Positions 19,567-28,424 of a stretch of DNA of 64,000 nucleotides are shown piece by piece. This DNA comes from Candidatus Magasanikiibacteriota bacterium (GTDB lineage Bacteria > Patescibacteriota > Patescibacteriia > Magasanikbacterales > UBA922). A program made the position numbers and the translations under genes. Location: positions 24,624-88,623 of the forward strand of contig JBAYVA010000001.1 of NCBI GenBank assembly GCA_041674805.1, written 5' to 3'. Numbering within the stretch: position 1 is the first letter of the stretch; each line of letters begins with the position of its first letter. The notes beneath the pieces were generated by a model. It was not told where the DNA came from, ran no database searches, and was given only the letters and a program-made list of their open reading frames with translations.

Positions 19567-20712
19567 ATGTTTGGTAAGAAAAAAAATACTGTTAAAAAAG
19601 AAGAACCAAATTTGAATGTCACTGTAATACCAGAGGTTTTTTATGGTGGGCAAGATCCTTATATTTATAAAGTTGATAATGAACAGATATCAAATAATAA
19701 TGTATCCAAAAAAACAGAAAAAATTGATCATAAACTGAAAGTTGCTCAGCAAAAAAACAATCAAAAAGATAAAAAGTTATTTTGGATAGTTTCTATTGTA
19801 AGTTTTATAATAGTAGTATCGGGTATTACTTGGTATTATTTGGCTCCTTATTATAAAGCAAGAAAAATTTCTTTGGAAAATACTAATAACTCTCAAAATA
19901 ATAATACTGAAATTATTAATATTGATGTTTTACCAATTAAGACTGTTACAACGACAGAAGATATTGTTTCTACAACTTCTACTTTGGAAGAATTAGTTAG
20001 TAGTACTCCTTCTTTACAAAATGTATTTTTACAATTTCCAGCTATTTTGACTTTAGACACAGCGGATATTGATGCGGATAGTTTGACTGATTTAGAAGAA
20101 GAAGTTTTTGGTACAGATAGTGGTACTTGGGATAGTGATAAAGACAATTATTATGATGGTCAAGAAGTATACAATTTGTATAATCCAAAAGGGTTGGCTC
20201 CGGTCAAAATAATAGATTCTGGTTTGGTGAATGAATACAAAAATAATTATTCTGGTTATAGATTATATTATCCAAACACTTGGCAAAAAGGTGCTGTAGA
20301 TGCAGTTGAAACACAAGTTTTGTTTAGTTCTGCAAATGGTGATTATATTGAAGTAAGAGTATTCAAAAAAGATGTAGGTCAACAATTTATAAGTTGGTTT
20401 AGTCGTTATGCTGAAGGACAAAATTATAGTGATTTGCAATCTTTTAAAAATCGTTTTTCTGAGTCATCTTGGTTAAGAAAAGATAGTCTTGTTTCTTATT
20501 TTGAAGATAGTAATTATATTTTTGTGATGGTTTATCATCCAAAAGATAGAGGACCCGTAGCTTATAGACATGTGATGCAAATGATGTATCAAAGTTTTAG
20601 AATGCCAAAAACAGATACTGTATTGCCTGAACAAATTATTTATCCAAGTACTACAAGTTCTACAACTAATGTTTCAAATACTGTGAATTTTGTTACTAAC
20701 ACTAGCTTTTAG
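19567..20712 (+). CDS. Membrane protein with TSP3-like repeats and a PsbP-like C-terminal domain
   Basis: TM; DIDADSLTDLEE, DSDKDNYYDGQE; YKN..GYRLYYP..W and terminal QMMYQSFR pattern. Confidence 0.65.
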   Translation: MFGKKKNTVKKEEPNLNVTVIPEVFYGGQDPYIYKVDNEQISNNNVSKKTEKIDHKLKVAQQKNNQKDKKLFWIVSIVSFIIVVSGITWYYLAPYYKARKISLENTNNSQNNNTEIINIDVLPIKTVTTTEDIVSTTSTLEELVSSTPSLQNVFLQFPAILTLDTADIDADSLTDLEEEVFGTDSGTWDSDKDNYYDGQEVYNLYNPKGLAPVKIIDSGLVNEYKNNYSGYRLYYPNTWQKGAVDAVETQVLFSSANGDYIEVRVFKKDVGQQFISWFSRYAEGQNYSDLQSFKNRFSESSWLRKDSLVSYFEDSNYIFVMVYHPKDRGPVAYRHVMQMMYQSFRMPKTDTVLPEQIIYPSTTSSTTNVSNTVNFVTNTSF

Positions 20713-20716
20713 TTTT

Positions 20717-21163
20717 ATGGATTGTAATGTTTTTTTTAGTGTAAAAAACAAAATTTTGAAAGAAACAGAAATACAAAAAATTGTTTCAGATGTTTTGTCA
20801 CAACAAAAAAGAAAAGGTAATATAAGTGTTCATATAGTAGGTGATAAAAAAATTAGAGATATAAATAAAATTTATAGAGATAAAGACAAAGTAACTGATG
20901 TAATTTCTTTTGCTATAGAAGAAGGTGAAAATATTTTTGATTTTATTGATGAAAAAGATTTAGGTGACATTTTTATTTGTGCCAATCAAATAAGACGTCA
21001 GGCAAAAGAAAATAATATTTCTGAAAAAGAAGAAATGATTAGAATGTTGGTTCATGGTATCTTGCATATTTTGGGTTATGATCATTTGCAAGAAGTAGAT
21101 GCAAAAAAGATGTTTGCTTTGCAAGAAAAATTTGTAAAAAAATGTTATGTTAAAATTAACTAA
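20717..21163 (+). CDS. ybeY: rRNA maturation endoribonuclease YbeY
   Basis: NKIYRDKDKVTDVISF, LGDIFI, HGILHILGYDH. Confidence 0.95.
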   Translation: MDCNVFFSVKNKILKETEIQKIVSDVLSQQKRKGNISVHIVGDKKIRDINKIYRDKDKVTDVISFAIEEGENIFDFIDEKDLGDIFICANQIRRQAKENNISEKEEMIRMLVHGILHILGYDHLQEVDAKKMFALQEKFVKKCYVKIN

Positions 21164-21518
21164 ATGTAAAAAAAGTTTTGTCTATGCTCTTAAAGGTTTG
21201 AATTATACTTTTAGGCGTGAACAAAATTTTAGAATAGAAATTTTTATAGCTTTATTAATGGTAGCAGCTATGTTTTTTTTCGGTCTTAGAAATTCTGAAA
21301 AAGTAGTAGTTATGTTACTTATTACATTCATATTGGCTTTGGAAATGTTTAATACTATTATTGAAAGATTCTTGGATTTATTAAAACCTCGTTTGGATGA
21401 TCAAGTTAAAGTTTTAAAAGATATTATGGCCGGAGCTGTTTTGTTGGCTTCGTTGGGTTCTCTTATAATTGGTTTTATGATTTTTTACCCATATATATTT
21501 GAGATAATTTTCAAATAA
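21147..21518 (+). CDS. dgkA: Diacylglycerol/undecaprenol kinase
   Basis: SFVYALKGL..REQNFR, LEMFNTIIERFLD, KDIMAGAVLL; overlaps ybeY. Confidence 0.9.
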   Translation: MLKLTKCKKSFVYALKGLNYTFRREQNFRIEIFIALLMVAAMFFFGLRNSEKVVVMLLITFILALEMFNTIIERFLDLLKPRLDDQVKVLKDIMAGAVLLASLGSLIIGFMIFYPYIFEIIFK

Positions 21519-21549
21519 TGTTATAATATCTCATATTACAAAAAATACT

Positions 21550-22812
21550 ATGGCAAAAAACAAACACATGTCAGATATTATTACCGGTTTAGATATAGGT
21601 TCTAATAGTGTTCGTGTCGCTGTTGGACAGTTTTCTATTATGCGTGATGAGGATAATCCTACTTTGCAAATTATTGCAGCGTTAGATGTTCCTTCTGAAG
21701 GTGTACAAAAAGGACAAATTATTAGTATTGAAGATACTGTTTCTTCGGTTTCCAATGCTCTTGAACAAGTAGAAAAAATTATTGGCTTACCTGTGTCTCA
21801 TATTTGGGTGGGTGTTTCTGGAACACAAATCATTTCACAAGAAAGTAAAGGCGTGATTGCTGTTTCGCGTACTGATGGTGAAATTTCTGAAGATGATATT
21901 GAGCGTGCTGTTGATGCTGCCAAAGCCGTTGCCACACCTCTTAATTATGATATTTTGCATGTTTTACCTCGTAGTTTTGCAGTTGATGGACAGACTGGTA
22001 TCAAAGATCCAGTTGGTATGACAGGCATTAGATTGGAAGTGGATACAAAAATTATTCATAGTGTAAGTTCTCATATAAAAAATTTAACAAAAGTTGTATA
22101 TCGTACAGGTGTTGATGTTGATGATTTTGTATTGTCTATATTAGCTGCAGGAGAAGTTGTCACTAATAGTCGACAAAAAGAATTAGGTTGTGTGGTAGTA
22201 AATATTGGTGGTCCAACAACTAGTTTGGTTGTATATGAAGATGGCGATGTTATTCATACGTCTGTTGTGCCGATAGGCTCTTCTCATATTACCAATGATT
22301 TGGCTTTGGGATTAAAAACTTCAATAGATATTGCCGAAAGAGTAAAAGTAGAATATGGAGCTTGTGTTAGTAAAGGTATTAGTAAAAAAGAAATGATTGA
22401 TTTGAGAGATTTCGGTAGTGATAAATCTGATGTTGTTAGTAGATATTATGTCAATCAAATTATTGAAGCTCGCGTTTCTGAAATATTAGAAAAAATAGAT
22501 GATGAGTTATCTTCTATAGAAAGAAGTGGTATGTTGCCTGCTGGTATAATCTTTATTGGTGGTGGTGCCAAAATAGAGGGGTTAGTGGATACTGCGAAAG
22601 AGGTATTGTCTTTACCGGCACAACTTGGTTATCCTTTGGGTATGGATAGTATTAGTAATAAAGTAAATGATGTTTCTTTTGTCTCGGCTATTGGTTTGGT
22701 AAAGTGGGGAAGTACTTTGCTTCAAAGTGTCAGAGGTCGTAAAAAATCTATCAATATTGGTTCCAAAGTAGGGGACACATTTAGAAATGTTTTCAAAAAT
22801 CTGTTGCCATAA
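21550..22812 (+). CDS. ftsA: Cell division protein FtsA
   Basis: GLDIGS, ILHVLPRSFAVDGQ, PVGMTGIRLE, HITNDLA, GGGAKI; upstream of ftsZ. Confidence 0.97.
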   Translation: MAKNKHMSDIITGLDIGSNSVRVAVGQFSIMRDEDNPTLQIIAALDVPSEGVQKGQIISIEDTVSSVSNALEQVEKIIGLPVSHIWVGVSGTQIISQESKGVIAVSRTDGEISEDDIERAVDAAKAVATPLNYDILHVLPRSFAVDGQTGIKDPVGMTGIRLEVDTKIIHSVSSHIKNLTKVVYRTGVDVDDFVLSILAAGEVVTNSRQKELGCVVVNIGGPTTSLVVYEDGDVIHTSVVPIGSSHITNDLALGLKTSIDIAERVKVEYGACVSKGISKKEMIDLRDFGSDKSDVVSRYYVNQIIEARVSEILEKIDDELSSIERSGMLPAGIIFIGGGAKIEGLVDTAKEVLSLPAQLGYPLGMDSISNKVNDVSFVSAIGLVKWGSTLLQSVRGRKKSINIGSKVGDTFRNVFKNLLP

Positions 22813-22835
22813 AAGTCATTATTTTGCGTATTATT

Positions 22836-22862
22836 AGATGCCTTGCGAAAGGTATCTTTTTT
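22836..22862 (+). terminator. Intrinsic terminator after ftsA
   Basis: AGATGCCTT-GCGA-AAGGTATCT followed by a T run. Confidence 0.65.
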
Positions 22863-23101
22863 ATTTTATTTTTTCTTTTAGCTTATTTAGTAATTTTGCT
22901 TATTGTGTTTTTCTTGACACTATATACAAAAACTAGTAAAATATAGATAAGTTAATAAATTTTGTATTCATTTGTTGTTATTTGAATACAAAAAGTACTC
23001 AGATGAATAATCATTGTATTTGTTTAGAAAAGATTAGTTGTTTAAATAGATTTTTCTGAGTATTTAAGTTCATAATTCCGCCTTGAGTGGAAATAAATTT
23101 T

Positions 23102-24499
23102 ATGCCTCAAGTAAAACCAGATATAGAAACATTTGCAAAAATAAAAGTAGTCGGAGTCGGGGGATCTGGCAATTCTGCTATTCAAAGAATGATAGATAGC
23201 AAAATTCGTGGTGTAGATTTTTTGGCGTTGAATACCGATGTACAAGCTTTGCATCATAATTCTGCACAAAAAAAATTACATATTGGAAAAACAGTAACAC
23301 GTGGTCTAGGTGCAGGTATGAATCCTGAAGTTGGTAAACGTAGTGCTGAAGAATCACAAAATGAAATTCGTGAAGCCTTAAAAGACACAGATATGCTTTT
23401 TATTACCTGTGGTCTTGGAGGTGGTACTGGTACAGGTGCAGCACCTGTGGTAGCAGAAATTGCTCATGATATGGGTATTTTGACTGTTGCTGTAGTAACA
23501 AAACCATTTACTTTTGAAGGACCTCAAAGAAAAAAAATTGCTGATAATGGTTTCGAAGAATTGGCTCGTTATGTGGACACTATTATCACTATTCCAAATG
23601 ATAGAATATTACAAATTATTGACAAAAAAACTAGTCTGCTCGAAGCTTTCAAAATTGTTGATGATGTTTTGAGACAAGGTGTACAAGGTATTTCAGAATT
23701 AATTACAGTACCAGGTCTTATCAATGTTGACTTTGCTGATGTAAAGACAATTATGAGTAATACTGGATCGGCTTTGATGGGTATCGGTGTTGGTAGTGGT
23801 GAAAATCGTGCGGTTGATGCTGCCAAATCTGCAATATCTAGTCCTCTTTTAGAAGTGTCTATTGATGGTGCCAAAGGTATTTTATTTTCTATTACTGGTG
23901 GTACTAGTCTTGGTATGCAAGAAGTAGCGGAAGCTGCCAAAATTATTACTAGTTCAGCTGATGATGATGTCAAAGTTATATTTGGTGCGGTGATAGATGA
24001 ATCTATGGGAGAAGATATTAGAATCACTGTTGTAGCTACTGGTTTTGACGATAGAGATTTAGATAATGCAAAAATGGTAAAAGCAGATTCCAACAATCCT
24101 GGTATGGAAGTTTTTACAGCCAAACGTCCTTTGTTTAAATCTGATATTTTTAATAGAAAAGTAGAAACAGTGAGAGAAAATCCTCAAGTACAAACTCCTT
24201 CAAAGTACAACAGATATGAAGAAGATGATTATAAAGAAGAAGTAGTAGAAGAAGAGATTGAAACAAGAAGAAATTCTGGTTTTAGCAAAAGGGCTGTGGG
24301 TTCATCTATAGATGTAGATATGGATATGGACATTGATAATTCTTCACGTAATAACAATGTTTCCAATCAAAACATTAATAACAATTCAAGAATGAATTCA
24401 GGAAGCAGTACTCTAAATCAAACAATGAACAAACCAAAAAAAGAAGATGCTGAAGATTTGGAAATACCAGCTTTCATTAGAAAAAAAATGGGAATGTAG
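23102..24499 (+). CDS. ftsZ: Cell division protein FtsZ
   Basis: IKVVGVGGSG, GLGGGTGTG, INVDFAD, C-terminal LEIPAFIRKK; ATG at 23102 preferred over the upstream GTG. Confidence 0.98.
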   Translation: MPQVKPDIETFAKIKVVGVGGSGNSAIQRMIDSKIRGVDFLALNTDVQALHHNSAQKKLHIGKTVTRGLGAGMNPEVGKRSAEESQNEIREALKDTDMLFITCGLGGGTGTGAAPVVAEIAHDMGILTVAVVTKPFTFEGPQRKKIADNGFEELARYVDTIITIPNDRILQIIDKKTSLLEAFKIVDDVLRQGVQGISELITVPGLINVDFADVKTIMSNTGSALMGIGVGSGENRAVDAAKSAISSPLLEVSIDGAKGILFSITGGTSLGMQEVAEAAKIITSSADDDVKVIFGAVIDESMGEDIRITVVATGFDDRDLDNAKMVKADSNNPGMEVFTAKRPLFKSDIFNRKVETVRENPQVQTPSKYNRYEEDDYKEEVVEEEIETRRNSGFSKRAVGSSIDVDMDMDIDNSSRNNNVSNQNINNNSRMNSGSSTLNQTMNKPKKEDAEDLEIPAFIRKKMGM

Positions 24500-24521
24500 A
24501 TACATGAAAGCCTAAAAACAT

Positions 24522-24551
24522 ATCCGCCCTAGGCGGATCAGTCTTCGCTGA
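24522..24551. repeat. GC-rich palindromic element ATCCGCC-CTA-GGCGGAT plus a small second hairpin
   Basis: 7-bp perfect stem; related TCCGCC..GGCGGA hairpin at 56751-56767. Confidence 0.65.
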
Positions 24552-24556
24552 AAAAC

Positions 24557-24589
24557 AAAAAAACACTGTCGAGATGACAGTGTTTTTTT
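24557..24589. terminator. Bidirectional intrinsic terminator
   Basis: A7-CACTGTC-gagat-GACAGTG-T7 between convergent genes. Confidence 0.85.
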
Positions 24590-24610
24590 ATAAGTGTTCA
24601 GTTTTTAATT

Positions 24611-25306
24611 TTATTTTTGTTCTAAATAAACTAATAAAATTGTAAGAGAAATACCAAATATAAAAAGTATTGAAAATCCTATAATACTGGCTTTTAAAAT
24701 AAATTTATCAAGATTATCATCTGATTTTTCTTGTTTTATTATTTTTTGTGATTCTTCGGAAATTGGATAATTATATTTTTTCATTTTTTCTAATAAATTT
24801 TGAGAAATTTTTATTGGTATTCTGAATTCTTGTTTTTCTGTTTTTTTTGTTTGTATTTCAAGTACAATAATTCTGTTTGGGTTTTTATTATTTCCTATAT
24901 TTTTTATATAGAAATTTGTGTTAATTATGTTATCTTTATTAATTTTATTTTGCTCTATAATTTTGTTTTTAAATTTATGTAGTATTATTATCTCATTATT
25001 ATTTAATTTAAGATATAAGGAATGTTTTTTTTGCTCATATATAATATAAATAATATTTATAGATACAAAAAATAAGATTATAAACAAAAGATTCATGATT
25101 TCTGTTGATTCTATATTTTTGTTTATCCATTGATTGATACTTTGGTTTTTTTGCTCAGGGTTGGAAAATTGTAGTATATAATATAATGTAGTTATTAAAA
25201 TAGAAAATATAAAAAAACCTAATTTTGTTTTTTCTGAAGCTGGATTTAGAAAAGCTATTTTGAAAGTTTCTATTTTTTCTTTTGTTTCTTGATTCATACA
25301 AATCAT
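24611..25306 (-). CDS. Hypothetical membrane protein
   Basis: 231-aa ORF with three hydrophobic segments; very AT-rich. Confidence 0.6.
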   Translation of the reverse strand: MICMNQETKEKIETFKIAFLNPASEKTKLGFFIFSILITTLYYILQFSNPEQKNQSINQWINKNIESTEIMNLLFIILFFVSINIIYIIYEQKKHSLYLKLNNNEIIILHKFKNKIIEQNKINKDNIINTNFYIKNIGNNKNPNRIIVLEIQTKKTEKQEFRIPIKISQNLLEKMKKYNYPISEESQKIIKQEKSDDNLDKFILKASIIGFSILFIFGISLTILLVYLEQK

Positions 25307-25323
25307 TATTTAGTTAAAAAAAT

Positions 25324-25779
25324 TTATTTCACAATTTTTCTTGCTTCTTCAATTTGTTTTTGGCATTCTTCTTTTAGAATACCAGTCTCTATATTTATTA
25401 TTTCATGAGAATATCTGGCTATATCAAAGATTTTTATATAAGGATTCATATGTTTTTCATTATCAGCACCTAAAATATAATTTCTTATTTTATATTTGAT
25501 ACAAACTGCCGCGCACATTGGGCAAGGTAAGGCGTTTATTATCATGTAATAATTACTCAAATCTTTGCTCTGTGTTTGTCTCACAATTTTACGGATTAGA
25601 TTTACTTCGGCATGTGCTACTGGATCTTGGGTAGATTTGGTATTGTTGTGTGCACTGGCAATGACATTTCCGTCCAGGTCAGCTAAAACAGCTCCAAAAT
25701 GGGAATTGCCTTCTTGCACTGCTTGGTCAGCTTCCGACATTGCTAGTCTCATTAGTTTTTCTTTGATTGCTTGAGTCAT
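25324..25779 (-). CDS. Zinc-dependent nucleoside deaminase (TadA/GuaD-like)
   Basis: FGAVL, DPVAHAEVN, PCPMC. Confidence 0.9.
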   Translation of the reverse strand: MTQAIKEKLMRLAMSEADQAVQEGNSHFGAVLADLDGNVIASAHNNTKSTQDPVAHAEVNLIRKIVRQTQSKDLSNYYMIINALPCPMCAAVCIKYKIRNYILGADNEKHMNPYIKIFDIARYSHEIINIETGILKEECQKQIEEARKIVK

Positions 25780-25789
25780 AATTAAAAAA

Positions 25790-26743
25790 TTATTTTAAGT
25801 ATTCATTCAAATTTATTTCTACAAAAAAATATTTTTCTCCGCGTTTAGCTAGGAAAAACATGATGCCATTTTTGTCCAATTCTATTGGATAGGAAAAAAT
25901 AGCACAACAACTTGAGGTTCTTATTTCATCGAAGTCTTCTGAAATTTTTTGTCCGTTGAAGAAAACAAATTTTTGTCCATCTTTTTCTCCGACAAAACCA
26001 GTTTTATTTTGATAAGAAAATAAATAGGAACTTGAATCTACTTCATATTTTTCATTGATAGTTTCATCTTGGTACCAAATATTATGTGTTGTTATGGGAT
26101 TGTTTTCGTCAGTTATTTTTATTGGATCGTAAAAATTAAAAGCTGGAGAATCCAAAATCATACTTGCGTCTATTATTGTACTTTCTGTTCCAAAAAACAT
26201 TGAGTGTAAAAAAATTTCTTTTTCATTTTTGTAAATATAATAAGTATCATCATTATTATCTTTATTTCCAACTGTGTAAATGTCTTTACCAAAGCCATAA
26301 ATACCAGATATTTGTTTTGTGTTTTCTATGATGTTTTTAGAAAATTTAGGTTCTATTATATCGCACCAATCAATACTATCACATTCTCCAATTTTGAAAT
26401 CAGGAGGTAAATTATATTTGAAAGCTTGTAAACCAACTATTGAACAATCATTTTTACTATTATCTTTGCATTCAATTTTTTCATGTAAATTATACATTGG
26501 TTCTTTCATTTTTATTTTTTGATTTTGGTCAAACCAAAAATCTTGTCCAGTTTTTTGAAGTTTAGTTATTTCTTTGGTTACTAAGTCTGAAAAATTCACA
26601 ATATCATCAACAACCCTACTTGTCAGAGTTGTTTCAATTTCATGATAAATTCCTGGTTTTGTTTTTTTATTAGAAGTTATGTTCTGGGTACAGCCTGTCA
26701 AAAAAAGTGTTACGGCTAAGATAGCGATGATTTGTTTTTTCAT
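25790..26743 (-). CDS. Hypothetical lipoprotein
   Basis: Signal peptide with lipobox LTGC. Confidence 0.7.
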   Translation of the reverse strand: MKKQIIAILAVTLFLTGCTQNITSNKKTKPGIYHEIETTLTSRVVDDIVNFSDLVTKEITKLQKTGQDFWFDQNQKIKMKEPMYNLHEKIECKDNSKNDCSIVGLQAFKYNLPPDFKIGECDSIDWCDIIEPKFSKNIIENTKQISGIYGFGKDIYTVGNKDNNDDTYYIYKNEKEIFLHSMFFGTESTIIDASMILDSPAFNFYDPIKITDENNPITTHNIWYQDETINEKYEVDSSSYLFSYQNKTGFVGEKDGQKFVFFNGQKISEDFDEIRTSSCCAIFSYPIELDKNGIMFFLAKRGEKYFFVEINLNEYLK

Positions 26744-26778
26744 ATTTTAAAATATATTTTTAGAAATGATGGTGTAAA

Positions 26779-26835
26779 GAATGACAAGCGCCAGCTTGTC
26801 CTGTTGAACACGTGATAAGCTGGCGCTTGTCATTC
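26779..26835. repeat. REP-doublet-like inverted repeat (22-nt arms, each self-complementary)
   Basis: GAATGACAAGCGCCAGCTTGTC-13 nt-GATAAGCTGGCGCTTGTCATTC. Confidence 0.8.
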
Positions 26836-26917
26836 CATTTTTAGAGGTTATATTATTTTGAATTCTAGCATAATAAAACACATTTGTAAAAAATAAAAAA
26901 ACGCTTTTAAGCGTTCT

Positions 26918-26952
26918 TTTAACTTTATAACTTTATGAACTTTATAACTTTA
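26918..26952. repeat. Tandem CTTTAT(G)AA repeats, overlapping the tsaD stop codon
   Basis: aactttataactttatgaactttataacttta; same family at 28092-28131 and, inverted, at 61903-61936. Confidence 0.8.
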
Positions 26953-28011
26953 CAAACTCTTACTTTGGTATACTTTCCAATTCGGATCAGCTTGTACATC
27001 TTGCCACTTGGTAAACTTTCCTTCTTTTGCATAGTTGTAACCAGCCGCCGCAATCATTGCTGCATTGTCCATGGAATATTTGAGAGCAGAAAGATGAAAG
27101 TCTGTACCAGAAATGTGTTCAATAGTATTTTCCAAAGTTTCACGAAGTTTGGCATTGGCAGAAACTCCGCCGACTAGCAAGACATTTTTTGGTTTGTATT
27201 GTTTTATTGCTTTGACAGTTTTTTCAACCAAGACATCGACAATAGCTTGTTCGAAACTGGCACAAAAGTCTGACAAGTTTTTAGGTTCTAGGTAATAGGT
27301 ATTAGATTCTGTTTTTGGAGCATTATCTTGAAGCCAATAAAGAGCCGCAGTCTTAAGTCCAGAAAAACTCATGTCATAATCGTCGCTGTCTATCATTGGG
27401 CGAGGAAATTTTATAGCTTTGGGATTGCCATCTTGGGCGTGTTTGGAAATTTTTGGTCCACCTGGATATTCCAGTCCAACAATTTTGGCAATCTTATCAA
27501 AAGCTTCACCAGCAGCATCATCACGAGTGCCACCAATTTTTTCATAGTGGCCTTTTTCTCTAGATAAGATAAGTTCAGTGTGTCCACCAGAGACGACTAA
27601 GGACAAGATAGGGAAGTCGAGCTTTTGGTTGGTACTGTCAGCTTCTAGATGTAGCTTAACGCTGTTTATATGCCCGTCTATGTGGTTTACAGCCACAAGT
27701 GGGGTATTCCATAGGTAAGACAGAGTTTTGGCAGTTTCGACGCCTACAATCAGTCCTGTAATAAGACCAGGACCAGCTGTAACCGCAATAGCGTCAGGCT
27801 TGGCAAAGTCTTTCATTATTTCCTCTACTACAGGAGTAATTATTTCAGCATGTTTGCGTCCAGCTATTTCAGGAATCACACCACCATATTTTTTGTGTAT
27901 ATCAATTTGACTAGCTGTTTTTTCGGCTAGTATTTCTATTTTTTCGTCTGTGATCTCCATGAGACAGATAGATGTATCGTCGCAGGAGCTTTCGATTCCG
28001 AGGATTTTCAT
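26950..28011 (-). CDS. tsaD: tRNA N6-threonylcarbamoyltransferase TsaD
   Basis: ILGIESSCDDT, YGGVIPEIA, GPGL, VNHIDGH, VSGGHTEL, DDAAGEAFDK, SFSGLKTA, DNAAMIA. Confidence 0.98.
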   Translation of the reverse strand: MKILGIESSCDDTSICLMEITDEKIEILAEKTASQIDIHKKYGGVIPEIAGRKHAEIITPVVEEIMKDFAKPDAIAVTAGPGLITGLIVGVETAKTLSYLWNTPLVAVNHIDGHINSVKLHLEADSTNQKLDFPILSLVVSGGHTELILSREKGHYEKIGGTRDDAAGEAFDKIAKIVGLEYPGGPKISKHAQDGNPKAIKFPRPMIDSDDYDMSFSGLKTAALYWLQDNAPKTESNTYYLEPKNLSDFCASFEQAIVDVLVEKTVKAIKQYKPKNVLLVGGVSANAKLRETLENTIEHISGTDFHLSALKYSMDNAAMIAAAGYNYAKEGKFTKWQDVQADPNWKVYQSKSL

Positions 28012-28091
28012 AAAATGCTTGAAAGGCTTAAAAAGCTTTTTGTATTTGTTAGTTTAAACATTTTAACAAAAAAAATACGAAAAGTCCAGAC

Positions 28092-28131
28092 TTTTAACTT
28101 TATAAACTTTATGAACTTTATAAACTTTTAA
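28092..28131. repeat. Tandem CTTTAT(G/A)AA repeats upstream of tsaD
   Basis: ttttaactttataaactttatgaactttataaacttttaa. Confidence 0.8.
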
Positions 28132-28153
28132 CTAATGTATTCACACAAAAACA

Positions 28154-28182
28154 TTGACAATATTTTTATTTTTGTGTATAAT
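28154..28182 (+). promoter_or_regulatory. Consensus sigma70 promoter for tRNA-Glu
   Basis: TTGACA-17 nt-TATAAT. Confidence 0.85.
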
Positions 28183-28211
28183 TTTTTCGTCTTTAGTTAG
28201 ACAATTTAAAT

Positions 28212-28283
28212 GGCGCCATCGTCTAATGGTTAGGACACCAGGTTTTCATCCTGGTAATCGGGGTTCGATTCCCCGTGGCGCTA
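28212..28283 (+). tRNA. tRNA-Glu(UUC)
   Basis: GGCGCCA...CCAGG-TT-TTC-AT-CCTGG...GGTTCGATTCC...TGGCGCT-A. Confidence 0.97.
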
Positions 28284-28424
28284 CAATTTTGACAGTTAAC
28301 AATTAACAAATTCCAAAAAATGGAGTTTGTTTTGTTTTAATGTTGGAGCAATCAGTTGGTAAATCTGACTATTGTAAGAAGAATGATGTTGGAGTAAAAT
28401 ATTTAAGTAAATTAAACAAATAAT

